In this document: one piece after another, positions 37,642-46,722 of the stretch | Layout of the letters: each line of letters begins with the position of its first letter | Numbering within the stretch: the stretch's first letter is position 1 | Assembly: GCF_023255415.1 (NCBI RefSeq) | Contig: NZ_JALRIN010000010.1 | Direction: 5' to 3' (one strand) | DNA length: 64,000 bases | DNA from: Cypionkella sp. | Lineage (GTDB): Bacteria; Pseudomonadota; Alphaproteobacteria; Rhodobacterales; Rhodobacteraceae | Notes under the pieces: generated by a model | Told to the model about the DNA's origin: nothing | Seen by the model: only the letters and a program-made list of their open reading frames with translations | Database searches by the model: none | Position numbers and translations under genes: made by a program

Positions 37642-38205
37642 TTAAACTTCAGCAGAAGCTTTAACATCACCTTCCTCTAATGAATCCAAATAGCAGTCGA
37701 GATTTGTGGAGATTTTCTGAAGAACCTTTGGGAGATAAGGGATCAGATCCGAAAAGTGCTCAGCGTCAGTTCTGGGCCCTCCGTGATAGTAGCGGCAGTG
37801 ATTTAAAATAGCATCGCGTTCATCTATTTTCAGCATAGCGAGCGGGTCTCCATCGTTATAGTCATGAAGAATTGATAGATGGATAAATGCGCATCCGAAT
37901 TTATAGACGGACTTTGTCCACCCATGAAGCTCTTGAGCGAAGTCAACCATTTCACTATCAGAGATCTTCCGATGCTTTCCATCTTGGCTCCATTTTTCGC
38001 CACGTATCAAAGCCCCTATAAGAAACTCTCGGCGTTCGAGGCTTTGCGAAAGTAGATAAATCACATGAACCAAGGAATCTAACTCTTGCCTCAGAATGGC
38101 GATAGTTTGCCCAAAAAGGCCTGCACCTGTTAGCAAAGTCATTGCTTGCTTGTGTTCGAAAGATCTGCGGCGAATTAGTCGAATAAAGACTTCTTGGTTC
38201 GTCAT
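37642..38205 (-). CDS. Hypothetical protein (orphan, predicted all-alpha) in an AT-rich islet
   Basis: 187-aa ORF and the only long ORF in the islet. No motif I can assign. Sampled lines are 24/60 and 18/60 G+C. Confidence 0.5.
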   Translation of the reverse strand: MTNQEVFIRLIRRRSFEHKQAMTLLTGAGLFGQTIAILRQELDSLVHVIYLLSQSLERREFLIGALIRGEKWSQDGKHRKISDSEMVDFAQELHGWTKSVYKFGCAFIHLSILHDYNDGDPLAMLKIDERDAILNHCRYYHGGPRTDAEHFSDLIPYLPKVLQKISTNLDCYLDSLEEGDVKASAEV

Positions 38206-38431
38206 TGAATTACCGCCAATAGCGAAGAATAATTGTGTTAGTTAAAGTTAATCAGTGATAAAGTTCTGATCAGTCTAAACGAAAACTCCAAACAAACAAC
38301 TATCTTTTACTTTTCTCTCAGATACCGATTTAGATACATATTTAGCCCCCGCACCCCGCCTGCATCCGCCCAACACTCCCTTGCCTTCGCAACGCCTTAG
38401 CGCCATGATCGCGCCGATAGGGGAGAGTTAA

Positions 38432-38887
38432 ATGCGTAAGTTTTTGGTGGTTCTTGATGATAGCCGCGAATGCCTGAATGCGATGCGCTATGCTGCTCTG
38501 CGCGCCGCGAATACCGGTGCTGGGGTGCAGATCTTGTCGATTATCTCGCCCGAGGAATTTCAGCATTGGATCGGCATTGCCGATCTGATGCGCGCCGAAG
38601 CCCGCGAGCGGATCGAGGCGCATTTCGAGGTTTTTGCCAAATGGATGCGTGACAAGCAGGGCATAAACCCCGAGCTGATCATTCGCGAAGGCGATGCGGT
38701 GACCGAGATTTTGGCGCAAGTCAACGACGACCCCTCAGTGGGCGTGCTGGTGCTGGGGGCTGGCACGGATAAATCCGGCCCCGGCCCGCTGGTGACGCAG
38801 ATGACCCGCAGCTCTGGCAACCTGCCGGTGCCACTGACAATCGTGCCGGGGGATATGTCAAAAGAGCGGTTGGAAGCCATCACCTGA
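38432..38887 (+). CDS. Universal stress protein family protein
   Basis: 151 aa. MRKFLVVLDDS... N-terminus and a C-terminal G-rich ATP-binding-like motif (VLVLGAG). Confidence 0.85.
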   Translation: MRKFLVVLDDSRECLNAMRYAALRAANTGAGVQILSIISPEEFQHWIGIADLMRAEARERIEAHFEVFAKWMRDKQGINPELIIREGDAVTEILAQVNDDPSVGVLVLGAGTDKSGPGPLVTQMTRSSGNLPVPLTIVPGDMSKERLEAIT

Positions 38888-39016
38888 GCACCGCCAAACC
38901 CGCACTTTGCAAGGCGGCTATGCGCCGCGCGCCTTGGGCAAGGGCTGCATTTTGCTGTCGCAGGGGGGCTGTCACGTGTTAGGGTGATTTCGGGGAGGAC
39001 GAACCGGAGTTGCACG

Positions 39017-39166
39017 ATGAAACCTGCCACAGCTATGCCCGCCGTCCCCGCCTCTGCCGAACCTGTCTTGGCCTATTTCACCCTTGCGCCCGCGACAAAA
39101 CCCGCGGTGGTCCAGCCCGCTGCTTCGGCGCTGGATCTGATGTATGGCTATTACGACGCGGCGTGA
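39017..39166 (+). CDS. Possible small protein (49 aa)
   Basis: ATG 39017 lies 6 nt after GGAG. Third codon positions are mostly G/C. No recognisable family. Confidence 0.3.
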   Translation: MKPATAMPAVPASAEPVLAYFTLAPATKPAVVQPAASALDLMYGYYDAA

Positions 39167-39247
39167 TCCGCGTTTTAGAATAGCTCCAAACTTGACTTAC
39201 CGGCGCATCAAGCGCATACCCGACTGGAATAGTCGGAGAAAAAGACC

Positions 39248-39805
39248 ATGTTCATCCAGACCGAATCCACACCAAACCCAGCCACGCTGAAATTCCTGCC
39301 GGGGCAAAGCGTGCTTGACCTTGGCACCGCCGATTTCCCCAGCCTTGAGGCTGCAGAAAAATCGCCGCTGGCCAAGCGCATTTTTGCGACCGGGCAAGTG
39401 ACAGGGGTGTTTTTTGGCGCCGATTTCATCACCGTGACCAAGGTCGAAACCGCCGAATGGCAGCATATAAAGCCCGCAATCCTGGGCGCGATTATGGAGC
39501 ATTTCCAGTCTGGCGCCGCCGTGATGGAAGGCGAATCGCAAGCAGCCCATGCCGCCCATGATGGCCCTGACGAAGACATCGTGCGTCAAATCAAAGAGTT
39601 GCTTGATACCCGCGTGCGCCCCGCCGTCGCGCAAGATGGTGGCGACATCACCTTTCACGGCTTTGATCGCGGCGTGGTCTATCTGCACATGAAGGGCGCT
39701 TGTGCGGGTTGCCCTTCGTCTACGCTGACGCTGAAAATGGGCATCGAGAACCTGCTGCGCCACTATATCCCAGAGGTGCTAGAGGTGCGTCCCGTTGCGG
39801 CCTGA
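39248..39805 (+). CDS. NifU/Nfu family Fe-S cluster assembly protein
   Basis: 185 aa. Nfu N-terminal domain plus C-terminal CxxC (GACAGCPSS). Confidence 0.9.
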   Translation: MFIQTESTPNPATLKFLPGQSVLDLGTADFPSLEAAEKSPLAKRIFATGQVTGVFFGADFITVTKVETAEWQHIKPAILGAIMEHFQSGAAVMEGESQAAHAAHDGPDEDIVRQIKELLDTRVRPAVAQDGGDITFHGFDRGVVYLHMKGACAGCPSSTLTLKMGIENLLRHYIPEVLEVRPVAA

Positions 39806-40409
39806 GACGATTTTGGCCTTTGACACATCGGCGGCGCAATGCGCCGCCGCTTTGCTATGCGATGGCAAGATAACGCTGCAGATCGAACCTATGGACAAGG
39901 GCCAAGCCGAACGCTTGGTGCCTTTGCTGACCGAATTGCTGGCCTCACAGGGGCTGCAATGGTCTGATTTGACAGCGATTGCTGTGGGCACGGGGCCGGG
40001 CAATTTTACCGGCGTTCGCATCTCGGTTGCCACCGCGCGCGGGCTTGCGCTGGGTCTGGGCATCCCTGCGATTGGCGTCACACGACTTGAGGCCACCGCC
40101 TTTGGCCATCCGCTGCCGATCACTGTGGTCGAAGACGCCCGGCGCGGCGATGTCTATGTGCAAGGCTTTACGGCTGCGGGACCGCTGCCTGCCTATCTTG
40201 CTCCTGCCAGCGACCCAATCACCGGCCCGCAAACCGGAACAGGCTGCGACGGTCTGCCCGAGGTCATGCCCTTGGTCGAGGCGATTGCCCGCATTGCCGC
40301 CAGCCGCAGCGCCAGCCCGCAGCCACGCCCTGCGCCATTTTACTTGCGCGGCGCGGATGCAGCCCCGCCCTCGGACCCGCCACCGCGCATTCTTGACGCA
40401 GTGCTATGA
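39795..40409 (+). CDS. tsaB: tRNA t6A biosynthesis protein TsaB
   Basis: 204 aa from a TTG start. ILAFDTSAAQCAAAL N-terminus. Followed by rimI with ATGA overlap (classic tsaB-rimI pair). Confidence 0.85.
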   Translation: MRPETILAFDTSAAQCAAALLCDGKITLQIEPMDKGQAERLVPLLTELLASQGLQWSDLTAIAVGTGPGNFTGVRISVATARGLALGLGIPAIGVTRLEATAFGHPLPITVVEDARRGDVYVQGFTAAGPLPAYLAPASDPITGPQTGTGCDGLPEVMPLVEAIARIAASRSASPQPRPAPFYLRGADAAPPSDPPPRILDAVL

Positions 40410-40816
40410 CCGCCGCAGAAATGGCCGCGCTTCATGCCGCCTGCTTTGTCACCCCGCGCCCCTGGTCTGCAGCCGATATCACCGCCACGCTGGACAGCGC
40501 TTTTGCCTTTGTGCTGAGCGAGCCACAGGGGTTCTTGATTGGCCGCGCCGTCGCGGGCGAGGCCGAACTGCTGACGCTTGCCGTCGCCCCAGCGGCCCGC
40601 AACTACGGCATCGGTGGCCGTCTGGTCGAGGCTTTTCTGTCCGAAGCCATGGCGCGCGGGGCCGAATCAGCCTTTCTTGAGGTCTCGGCCGCGAATCTGC
40701 CCGCGCAGCGGCTTTACGCCGCCAAAGGCTTTGAAGCGCAAGGCAAACGCCGCGCCTACTACCAAACACCCGAGGGGGATCGGCTGGATGCTCTGGTTAT
40801 GGTCCGCCGACTTTAA
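40406..40816 (+). CDS. rimI: GNAT acetyltransferase, ribosomal-protein-alanine N-acetyltransferase-like
   Basis: 136 aa. Acetyl-CoA binding RNYGIGGRL motif. Synteny with tsaB. Confidence 0.8.
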   Translation: MTAAEMAALHAACFVTPRPWSAADITATLDSAFAFVLSEPQGFLIGRAVAGEAELLTLAVAPAARNYGIGGRLVEAFLSEAMARGAESAFLEVSAANLPAQRLYAAKGFEAQGKRRAYYQTPEGDRLDALVMVRRL

Positions 40817-41010
40817 ATACCAATTTAATACCAATTACTAACCAACTGATCTAATTTTCAGCACCACAGGCAGGCACACGTCGCCGCCGCCAGATTCCTA
40901 TTGACCCTCTGACAAACCACTGTCCTAAATCGTCTACGATCTGCCCGACACAGGCTGCCAATAGGCGGCCCTGCACGGGGTAGCACCGATAAACCTAACG
41001 GGAGACGACC

Positions 41011-42015
41011 ATGACCCTGATGAAAAACCTGATGGGTGCTGCGGCAACGCTGGCACTGACCGCAGGCCTTGCAAGTGCAGAGCCCGCAATCATTTATGAC
41101 CTTGGCGGAAAATTCGACAAATCCTTTAACGAGGCGGCTTTCAACGGTGCCGAGAAATGGGCGAAGGAAACCGGCGGCACCTATAAAGAGCTGGAAATGC
41201 AGAACGAAGCCCAGCGCGAGCAGGCGCTGCGGTCTCTGGCAGAAGAGGGTGCAAACCCGATCGTCACCACCGGCTTTGGCATGTCTGACCCAATCGCGGC
41301 TGTGGCGGCTGATTTCCCTGACACCAAATTCGTCACCATCGACGGCTGGGTCGACCCTGCTGCACATCCAAACGTGCTGACCATCGGCTTTTCCGAACAT
41401 GAAGGCTCGTATCTGGTCGGTATGATGGCGGCGATGGCGTCGAAAACCGGCACCGTCAGCTTTATCGGCGGCATGGACATTCCGCTGATCCGCAACTTTG
41501 CTTGTGGCTATGCGCAGGGTGCGAAGGCTGTGAAGCCCGATGTCAACTTCATCTCGTCGATGACCGGCACCACCCCTGCGGCTTGGAACGATCCTGTCAA
41601 GGGCGCGGAACTGGCCAAGGCGCAAAAGGCACAAGGTTCTGACGTGATTTTCGCGGCGGCTGGCGGCACCGGTGTTGGCGTTCTGCAAGCGGCAGCTGAC
41701 GAAGGCATCTTGTCGGTGGGCGTTGACAGCAACCAGAACTACCTGTTCCCCGGCAAAGTGCTGACCTCGATGCTCAAGCGCGTTGACGTGGCCGTTTATA
41801 ACTCGATGAAGGCAGGCGATGCGCTGGATACCACCACGCAAACGCTTGATCTGAAAGCAGATGGCGTTGGCTATGCGATGGATGACAACAACGCGGCACT
41901 GGTCACCCCAGAGATGAAAGCAGCGGTCGACGCCGCCGCCGACAAGATCAAATCGGGCGAGCTGGTGGTGCATGACTACCGCACCGACAACATGTGCCCT
42001 GCGGCAGAGTTTTGA
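41011..42015 (+). CDS. BMP-family (PnrA-like) ABC transporter substrate-binding lipoprotein, nucleoside-type
   Basis: 334 aa with signal peptide. DKSFNEAAFNG and FIGGMDIPLIRNF motifs typical of BMP family. Confidence 0.9.
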   Translation: MTLMKNLMGAAATLALTAGLASAEPAIIYDLGGKFDKSFNEAAFNGAEKWAKETGGTYKELEMQNEAQREQALRSLAEEGANPIVTTGFGMSDPIAAVAADFPDTKFVTIDGWVDPAAHPNVLTIGFSEHEGSYLVGMMAAMASKTGTVSFIGGMDIPLIRNFACGYAQGAKAVKPDVNFISSMTGTTPAAWNDPVKGAELAKAQKAQGSDVIFAAAGGTGVGVLQAAADEGILSVGVDSNQNYLFPGKVLTSMLKRVDVAVYNSMKAGDALDTTTQTLDLKADGVGYAMDDNNAALVTPEMKAAVDAAADKIKSGELVVHDYRTDNMCPAAEF

Positions 42016-42033
42016 TCTGACCAAACCAAAGCT

Positions 42034-42068
42034 GGCCGCGCAGAGCAATCTGCGCGGCCGGTTTTTTT
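42034..42068 (+). terminator. Intrinsic terminator/attenuator after the SBP gene
   Basis: GGCCGCGCAG-agcaat-CTGCGCGGCC followed by GG TTTTTTT. Confidence 0.75.
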
Positions 42069-42094
42069 AGCGGCCCTGCCGCAGGAGAAAGCCG

Positions 42095-43624
42095 ATGACC
42101 CAAGCCGCTATTCAGCTGAAAGGCATCTCCAAGGCCTTTGGGACTGTGCAGGCCAACCGCGATATCAATATCTCGGTCGCCAAAGGCACGATCCACGGCA
42201 TTATCGGCGAAAACGGCGCGGGCAAATCCACCCTGATGTCGATCCTTTACGGCTTTTACAAAGCCGACGCGGGCCAGATTTTCATCAACGGCCAGCCCAC
42301 CCTTATTCCTGACAGCCAAGCCGCCATCCGCGCCGGCATCGGCATGGTGTTTCAGCATTTCAAGCTGGTGCAGAACTTTACTGTGCTGGAAAACGTCATT
42401 CTGGGCGCCGAAGACGGCCCCTTGTTGAACGCAAGCCTGAGCAAGGCGCGCAAAGTGCTGATGGAGCTGTCGCGCGAATACGAGCTGGATGTGCATCCCG
42501 ATGCGCTGATCCAAGATCTGTCGGTCGGCCATCAACAGCGGGTAGAAATCCTGAAGGCGCTTTATCGTCAGGCCGATATCCTGATCTTGGACGAACCCAC
42601 CGGCGTGCTGACCCCGGATGAGGCCGACCATCTGTTCCGCATCCTGCGCGGGCTGAAAGCACAGGGCAAAACCATCATCCTGATCACCCACAAACTGCGC
42701 GAGATCATGGAGACCACCGACAACGTCTCGGTGATGCGGCGCGGCACGATGGTGGACACAGTGAAAACCGCTGAAAGCACGCCCGAGTCGCTGGCCGAGC
42801 TGATGGTAGGCCGTAAAGTCCTGCTCGAGGTCGAGAAAAAGCCCGCAACCCCCGGCGCGGTGGTGCTTTCAGTGCAAGATCTGCAGATGCGCGACGAACA
42901 TGGCGTGGAACGGCTGAAAGGCATCAGCTTTGACATTCGTGCCGGCGAAATCCTTGGCATCGCAGGCGTGTCGGGCAATGGTCAATCCGAACTGCTGGAA
43001 GCCTTGGGCGGCTTTGGCGCGGCCACGGGCGTGATCACGCTCAAGGGGCAAGTGCTGCCGTTGTCAGGCCCACAGGCCAATGGCCAAAGTCGGCGCGAGG
43101 CCGGCATCGCCCATGTGCCCGAAGACCGCCAGCATCTGGGCCTGATCATGGATTTCGCGGCCTGGGAAAACACCGCCTTTGGCTATCACAACGATGCGAA
43201 ATACCAAAAGAACCGGCTTTTCATGGATAACGAGGCCCTGCGCGCCGATACGGCGGCGAAAATGGCCACCTTTGATGTGCGCCCACCAATCCCTGCGCTT
43301 GCGGCCAAACATTTTTCGGGCGGCAATCAGCAAAAGTTGGTCGTCGCGCGCGAAATCGAACAAGACCCCGACCTGTTGCTGATTGGCCAACCCACCCGCG
43401 GCGTCGATATCGGCGCGATTGAGTTCATTCACAAACAGATCGTGGCCCTGCGCGATGCGGGCAAAGCGGTGCTGCTGGTCTCGGTCGAGCTGGACGAAAT
43501 CCTCAGCCTCTCGGACCGCATTGCGGTGATGTTTGACGGCCAGATCATGGGCTTTGCCGACCCCGAAACCACCAACGAGCGCGCGCTTGGCCTGATGATG
43601 GCCGGTGTCGCGGGGAAGGCCTAA
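42095..43624 (+). CDS. ABC transporter ATP-binding protein (double ATPase, sugar/nucleoside type)
   Basis: 509 aa. Walker A GENGAGKST. Second degenerate ATPase domain with FSGGNQQK. Confidence 0.9.
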   Translation: MTQAAIQLKGISKAFGTVQANRDINISVAKGTIHGIIGENGAGKSTLMSILYGFYKADAGQIFINGQPTLIPDSQAAIRAGIGMVFQHFKLVQNFTVLENVILGAEDGPLLNASLSKARKVLMELSREYELDVHPDALIQDLSVGHQQRVEILKALYRQADILILDEPTGVLTPDEADHLFRILRGLKAQGKTIILITHKLREIMETTDNVSVMRRGTMVDTVKTAESTPESLAELMVGRKVLLEVEKKPATPGAVVLSVQDLQMRDEHGVERLKGISFDIRAGEILGIAGVSGNGQSELLEALGGFGAATGVITLKGQVLPLSGPQANGQSRREAGIAHVPEDRQHLGLIMDFAAWENTAFGYHNDAKYQKNRLFMDNEALRADTAAKMATFDVRPPIPALAAKHFSGGNQQKLVVAREIEQDPDLLLIGQPTRGVDIGAIEFIHKQIVALRDAGKAVLLVSVELDEILSLSDRIAVMFDGQIMGFADPETTNERALGLMMAGVAGKA

Positions 43625-43627
43625 GCC

Positions 43628-44773
43628 ATGACCAAGCTGCCACAATGGGCCGATATCGTTCTGGTGCCGCTGATCAGCCTTGTGCTGGCGGCGATTGTCT
43701 CGGCGCTGGTGCTGCTGTCGATCGGGCAAAGCCCGGTCGAGGCGATCTCGATCATGGTCGATGGGGCTTTTGGCTCGGCCAATGGCTGGGGCTATACGCT
43801 TTACTATGCCACCAGCTTTATGTTCACCGGCCTTGCGGTGACAGTGGCCTTTCATGCGGGCCTGTTCAACATCGGCGGCGAGGGGCAGGCGCAGCTGGGC
43901 GGCTTGGGCGTGGCGCTGATTTGCCTTGCGCTGCCCTGGCCGCATTGGACCCTGGCCCTCTTGGCAGCCAGCCTTGGCGGGGCGGCCTTTGGCGCGGCTT
44001 GGGCGGCGATTCCGGCCTATCTACAAGCCAAACGTGGCAGCCATATCGTGATCACCACAATCATGTTCAACTATATCGGCGCGGCCTTTATCATCTATAT
44101 GCTGGTCGATGTGCTGCGCCCGCCAGGCCAACAAGACCCAGCTACGGCGAAATTTCCAACAGGCACGCATTTGCCCGCCCTCTCTGACATCCCAATGCTG
44201 CGCGAGCTCTTCGCGCGCTGGAACGCCGATGGCACGCCCAAGCTGACCAAAGCCGGCATCCAGATGTATTCCAACGTGCCCGCCAATGTGACGCTTTTTA
44301 TCGCTATTGCCGCCTGCTTTGCGGTCTGGGCGCTGCTGTGGCGCACAAGGCTTGGCTATCAGATCCGCGCCTTTGGCAAATCCGAAGCCGCCTCGCGCTA
44401 TGCTGGCATCAATCCGGTCAAGATCACCATGATCGCCATGCTGATCTCGGGCGGGCTCGCGGGGCTGATGGCGATCAACAATGTGATGGGGGCCTCGGGC
44501 AGATTGCTGCAAAACTCGGCCGAGGGGGCGGGCTTTATCGGCATCGCCGTGGCGCTGATGGGGCGCAATCACCCGATTGGGGTGTTTCTGGCGGCGATCC
44601 TGTTCGGCTTTCTCTACCAAGGCGGCGCGGCGCTTGGCCTACACACCACGATCCCGCTTGAAATGCGGCTGGTGGTGCAGGGGCTGGTGATCCTGTTTAC
44701 CGGAGCCTTAGATCAAATGGTGCGGATGTTGCTGGCATGGGCCTTCAGCCTTGGCAAGAAAAGGATAGCCTGA
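43628..44773 (+). CDS. ABC transporter permease
   Basis: 381 aa, multi-TM. Same operon. Confidence 0.85.
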   Translation: MTKLPQWADIVLVPLISLVLAAIVSALVLLSIGQSPVEAISIMVDGAFGSANGWGYTLYYATSFMFTGLAVTVAFHAGLFNIGGEGQAQLGGLGVALICLALPWPHWTLALLAASLGGAAFGAAWAAIPAYLQAKRGSHIVITTIMFNYIGAAFIIYMLVDVLRPPGQQDPATAKFPTGTHLPALSDIPMLRELFARWNADGTPKLTKAGIQMYSNVPANVTLFIAIAACFAVWALLWRTRLGYQIRAFGKSEAASRYAGINPVKITMIAMLISGGLAGLMAINNVMGASGRLLQNSAEGAGFIGIAVALMGRNHPIGVFLAAILFGFLYQGGAALGLHTTIPLEMRLVVQGLVILFTGALDQMVRMLLAWAFSLGKKRIA

Positions 44774-45741
44774 TGGATTATGACACAGTGATGCAGATCC
44801 TCGGCTCCACGGTCCGGCTTGGCACGCCTTTGCTGCTGGCCTGCCTTGCGGGGCTGTTTTCCGAACGCTCTGGCGTGTTTGACATCGGACTGGAAGGCAA
44901 GATGCTGGCCGCAGCCATGGCCGCAGCCACCGTCGCCTTCATGACAGGGTCTGCTTGGATCGGGCTTGGCGCGGGCATCGTGGCCTCGCTCCTGTTTTCT
45001 GCCCTGCACGGGCTTGCCTCGATCAGCTTCAAAGGCAACCAGCTGATTTCCGGCGTGGCGCTGAACTTTCTGGCCTCGGGTCTGACAGTGCTGATCGCCC
45101 AAGCCCTGTTCAAACAAGGAGGACGCACCCCAGCCCTTGCCGGCGATGCCCGCTTCAACCCGATTGATCTGCCCTTTGCCGAGGCCGTGAAAGACCTGCC
45201 CTTGCTTGGCCCGCTTTACGCCCAAGTGATCTCTGGCCATTCCATCCTTGTTTATGCCGCCTTCGCCGCCGTGCCCCTGTCTTGGTGGCTGCTCAACCGC
45301 ACCCGCTTTGGCCTGCGCCTACGCGCGGCGGGCGAAAACCCCGCCGCCCTTGATACCGCAGGCGTCTCGGTGGTGCGCATGCGCTATGCCGCGCTCTTTA
45401 TCACCGGCGTGCTTTGCGGCCTTGCCGGGGCCTATATGGCCACCGCCCTGCAAGCAGGCTTTGGCCGCGAGATGACCGCAGGCCGCGGCTATATCGCGCT
45501 TGCCGCGCTGATCTTTGCCAAATGGCGCGCCCTGCCCGCCTTGGGGGCCACCATGCTGTTTGGCTTTTTCCAAGCCCTCGCGCTGCGCCCCGATGTGGTC
45601 GAAACCGTCACCCATGTGAAAATCTCCGGCTCCTTTCTCGATGCCCTGCCCTATATCCTCACTGTCATCGCCGTGGCAGGCTTTATCGGCAAATCGATCC
45701 CGCCGCGTGCAGGCGGCGAACCCTATGTCAAAGAACGCTAA
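44773..45741 (+). CDS. ABC transporter permease
   Basis: Start moved to ATG 44773 (TGATG overlap with the upstream stop). Multi-TM. Confidence 0.85.
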   Translation: MDYDTVMQILGSTVRLGTPLLLACLAGLFSERSGVFDIGLEGKMLAAAMAAATVAFMTGSAWIGLGAGIVASLLFSALHGLASISFKGNQLISGVALNFLASGLTVLIAQALFKQGGRTPALAGDARFNPIDLPFAEAVKDLPLLGPLYAQVISGHSILVYAAFAAVPLSWWLLNRTRFGLRLRAAGENPAALDTAGVSVVRMRYAALFITGVLCGLAGAYMATALQAGFGREMTAGRGYIALAALIFAKWRALPALGATMLFGFFQALALRPDVVETVTHVKISGSFLDALPYILTVIAVAGFIGKSIPPRAGGEPYVKER

Positions 45742-45750
45742 GCCCCGCGG

Positions 45751-45815
45751 CTTTCATCTTGGCGCAAATATCCCACGGGGGCAGGCCCAAAGGGCCGCGG
45801 GGGTGTGAAACCCCC
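45751..45815 (+). repeat. Intergenic repeat copy F (core + GGCCC-aaa-GGGCC + GGGGG-TGTGAAA-CCCCC)
   Basis: CTTTCATCTTGGCGCAAATATCCCACGGGGG CAGGCCCAAAGGGCCGCG GGGGTGTGAAACCCCC, starting 9 nt after the permease stop. Confidence 0.85.
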
Positions 45816-45840
45816 GTCCCCACCACCCAAAGGACCCCCG

Positions 45841-46647
45841 ATGTCAGACCAAATCGCCAACCTCACCCAGATCGTACACGCCCGCGCAGGATCCGCTCCG
45901 ATCGAGCTTGGCCTTATCCTTGGCTCCGGCCTTGGCCATCTGGCGCGTGCCGTCGAGGGCGTGGCGATCCCCTATGCCGATCTGCCGGGCTTTCCCCATA
46001 TCGGGGTATCGGGCCATAATCCAAACCTGGTGATCGGCAAGCTGGAAGGCCGCCGCGTCGCGGTTTTTGGCGCGCGCGAGCATTACTACGAAACCGGCAA
46101 CCCAGCCGCGATGCGCCTGCCGCTTACCCTGCTCAAGGCACTGGGGGCCAGCCAGCTTATCGCCACCAATGCCGCAGGCTCGCTCTGCCCTGATCTGCGT
46201 CCGGGCGATCTGATGCTGCTCAGCGATCATATCAATTTCTCCGGCCTCAATCCGCTGATCGGCGAGAAAACCGACGCTCGCTTTGTGCCGATGACAACGG
46301 CGCATGATGCAGATCTGCGCGCAGCCCTGCGCGCCAGTGCCACGGCGGTGGGGGTGGCGCTGCCCGAAGGCGTCTATGCTTGGTATTCAGGCCCCTCCTT
46401 TGAAACCCCTGCCGAAATTCGCGCCATCAAAATTCTGGGCGGCGATGCTGTTGGCATGTCCACGGTGCCCGAGGTGATCTTGGCGCGGTTCTTGGGTCTG
46501 CGGGTGGCGGCGATCTCGACGATCACCAATATGGCTGCGGGCATGTCAGACGAACAGATCAGCCACGAGCATACCAAGGCCATGGCCCCCCTCGGGGCGG
46601 CAAAACTGGAAAAACTGCTCCGGCATTTTCTGCGTCAGGCAATTTAG
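45841..46647 (+). CDS. Purine nucleoside phosphorylase (trimeric PNP family)
   Basis: Start at ATG 45841. The longer track ORF reads through the repeat. ILGSGLG, GRRVAVFGAREHYYE and VGMSTVPEV motifs. Confidence 0.9.
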   Translation: MSDQIANLTQIVHARAGSAPIELGLILGSGLGHLARAVEGVAIPYADLPGFPHIGVSGHNPNLVIGKLEGRRVAVFGAREHYYETGNPAAMRLPLTLLKALGASQLIATNAAGSLCPDLRPGDLMLLSDHINFSGLNPLIGEKTDARFVPMTTAHDADLRAALRASATAVGVALPEGVYAWYSGPSFETPAEIRAIKILGGDAVGMSTVPEVILARFLGLRVAAISTITNMAAGMSDEQISHEHTKAMAPLGAAKLEKLLRHFLRQAI

Positions 46648-46722
46648 ATCATGCAAGGGTTTGACAAGCCGCGAAAAACCCCGCATCCCTAGGAAAAGCC
46701 ACCTTTCACTAGGCTCGCGGCC

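Noticed and set aside
40858-42048. 396-aa minus-strand ORF opposite the BMP-family SBP gene
   Set aside because: Shadow ORF. The plus-strand gene has a signal peptide, family motifs, an RBS and a strong terminator.
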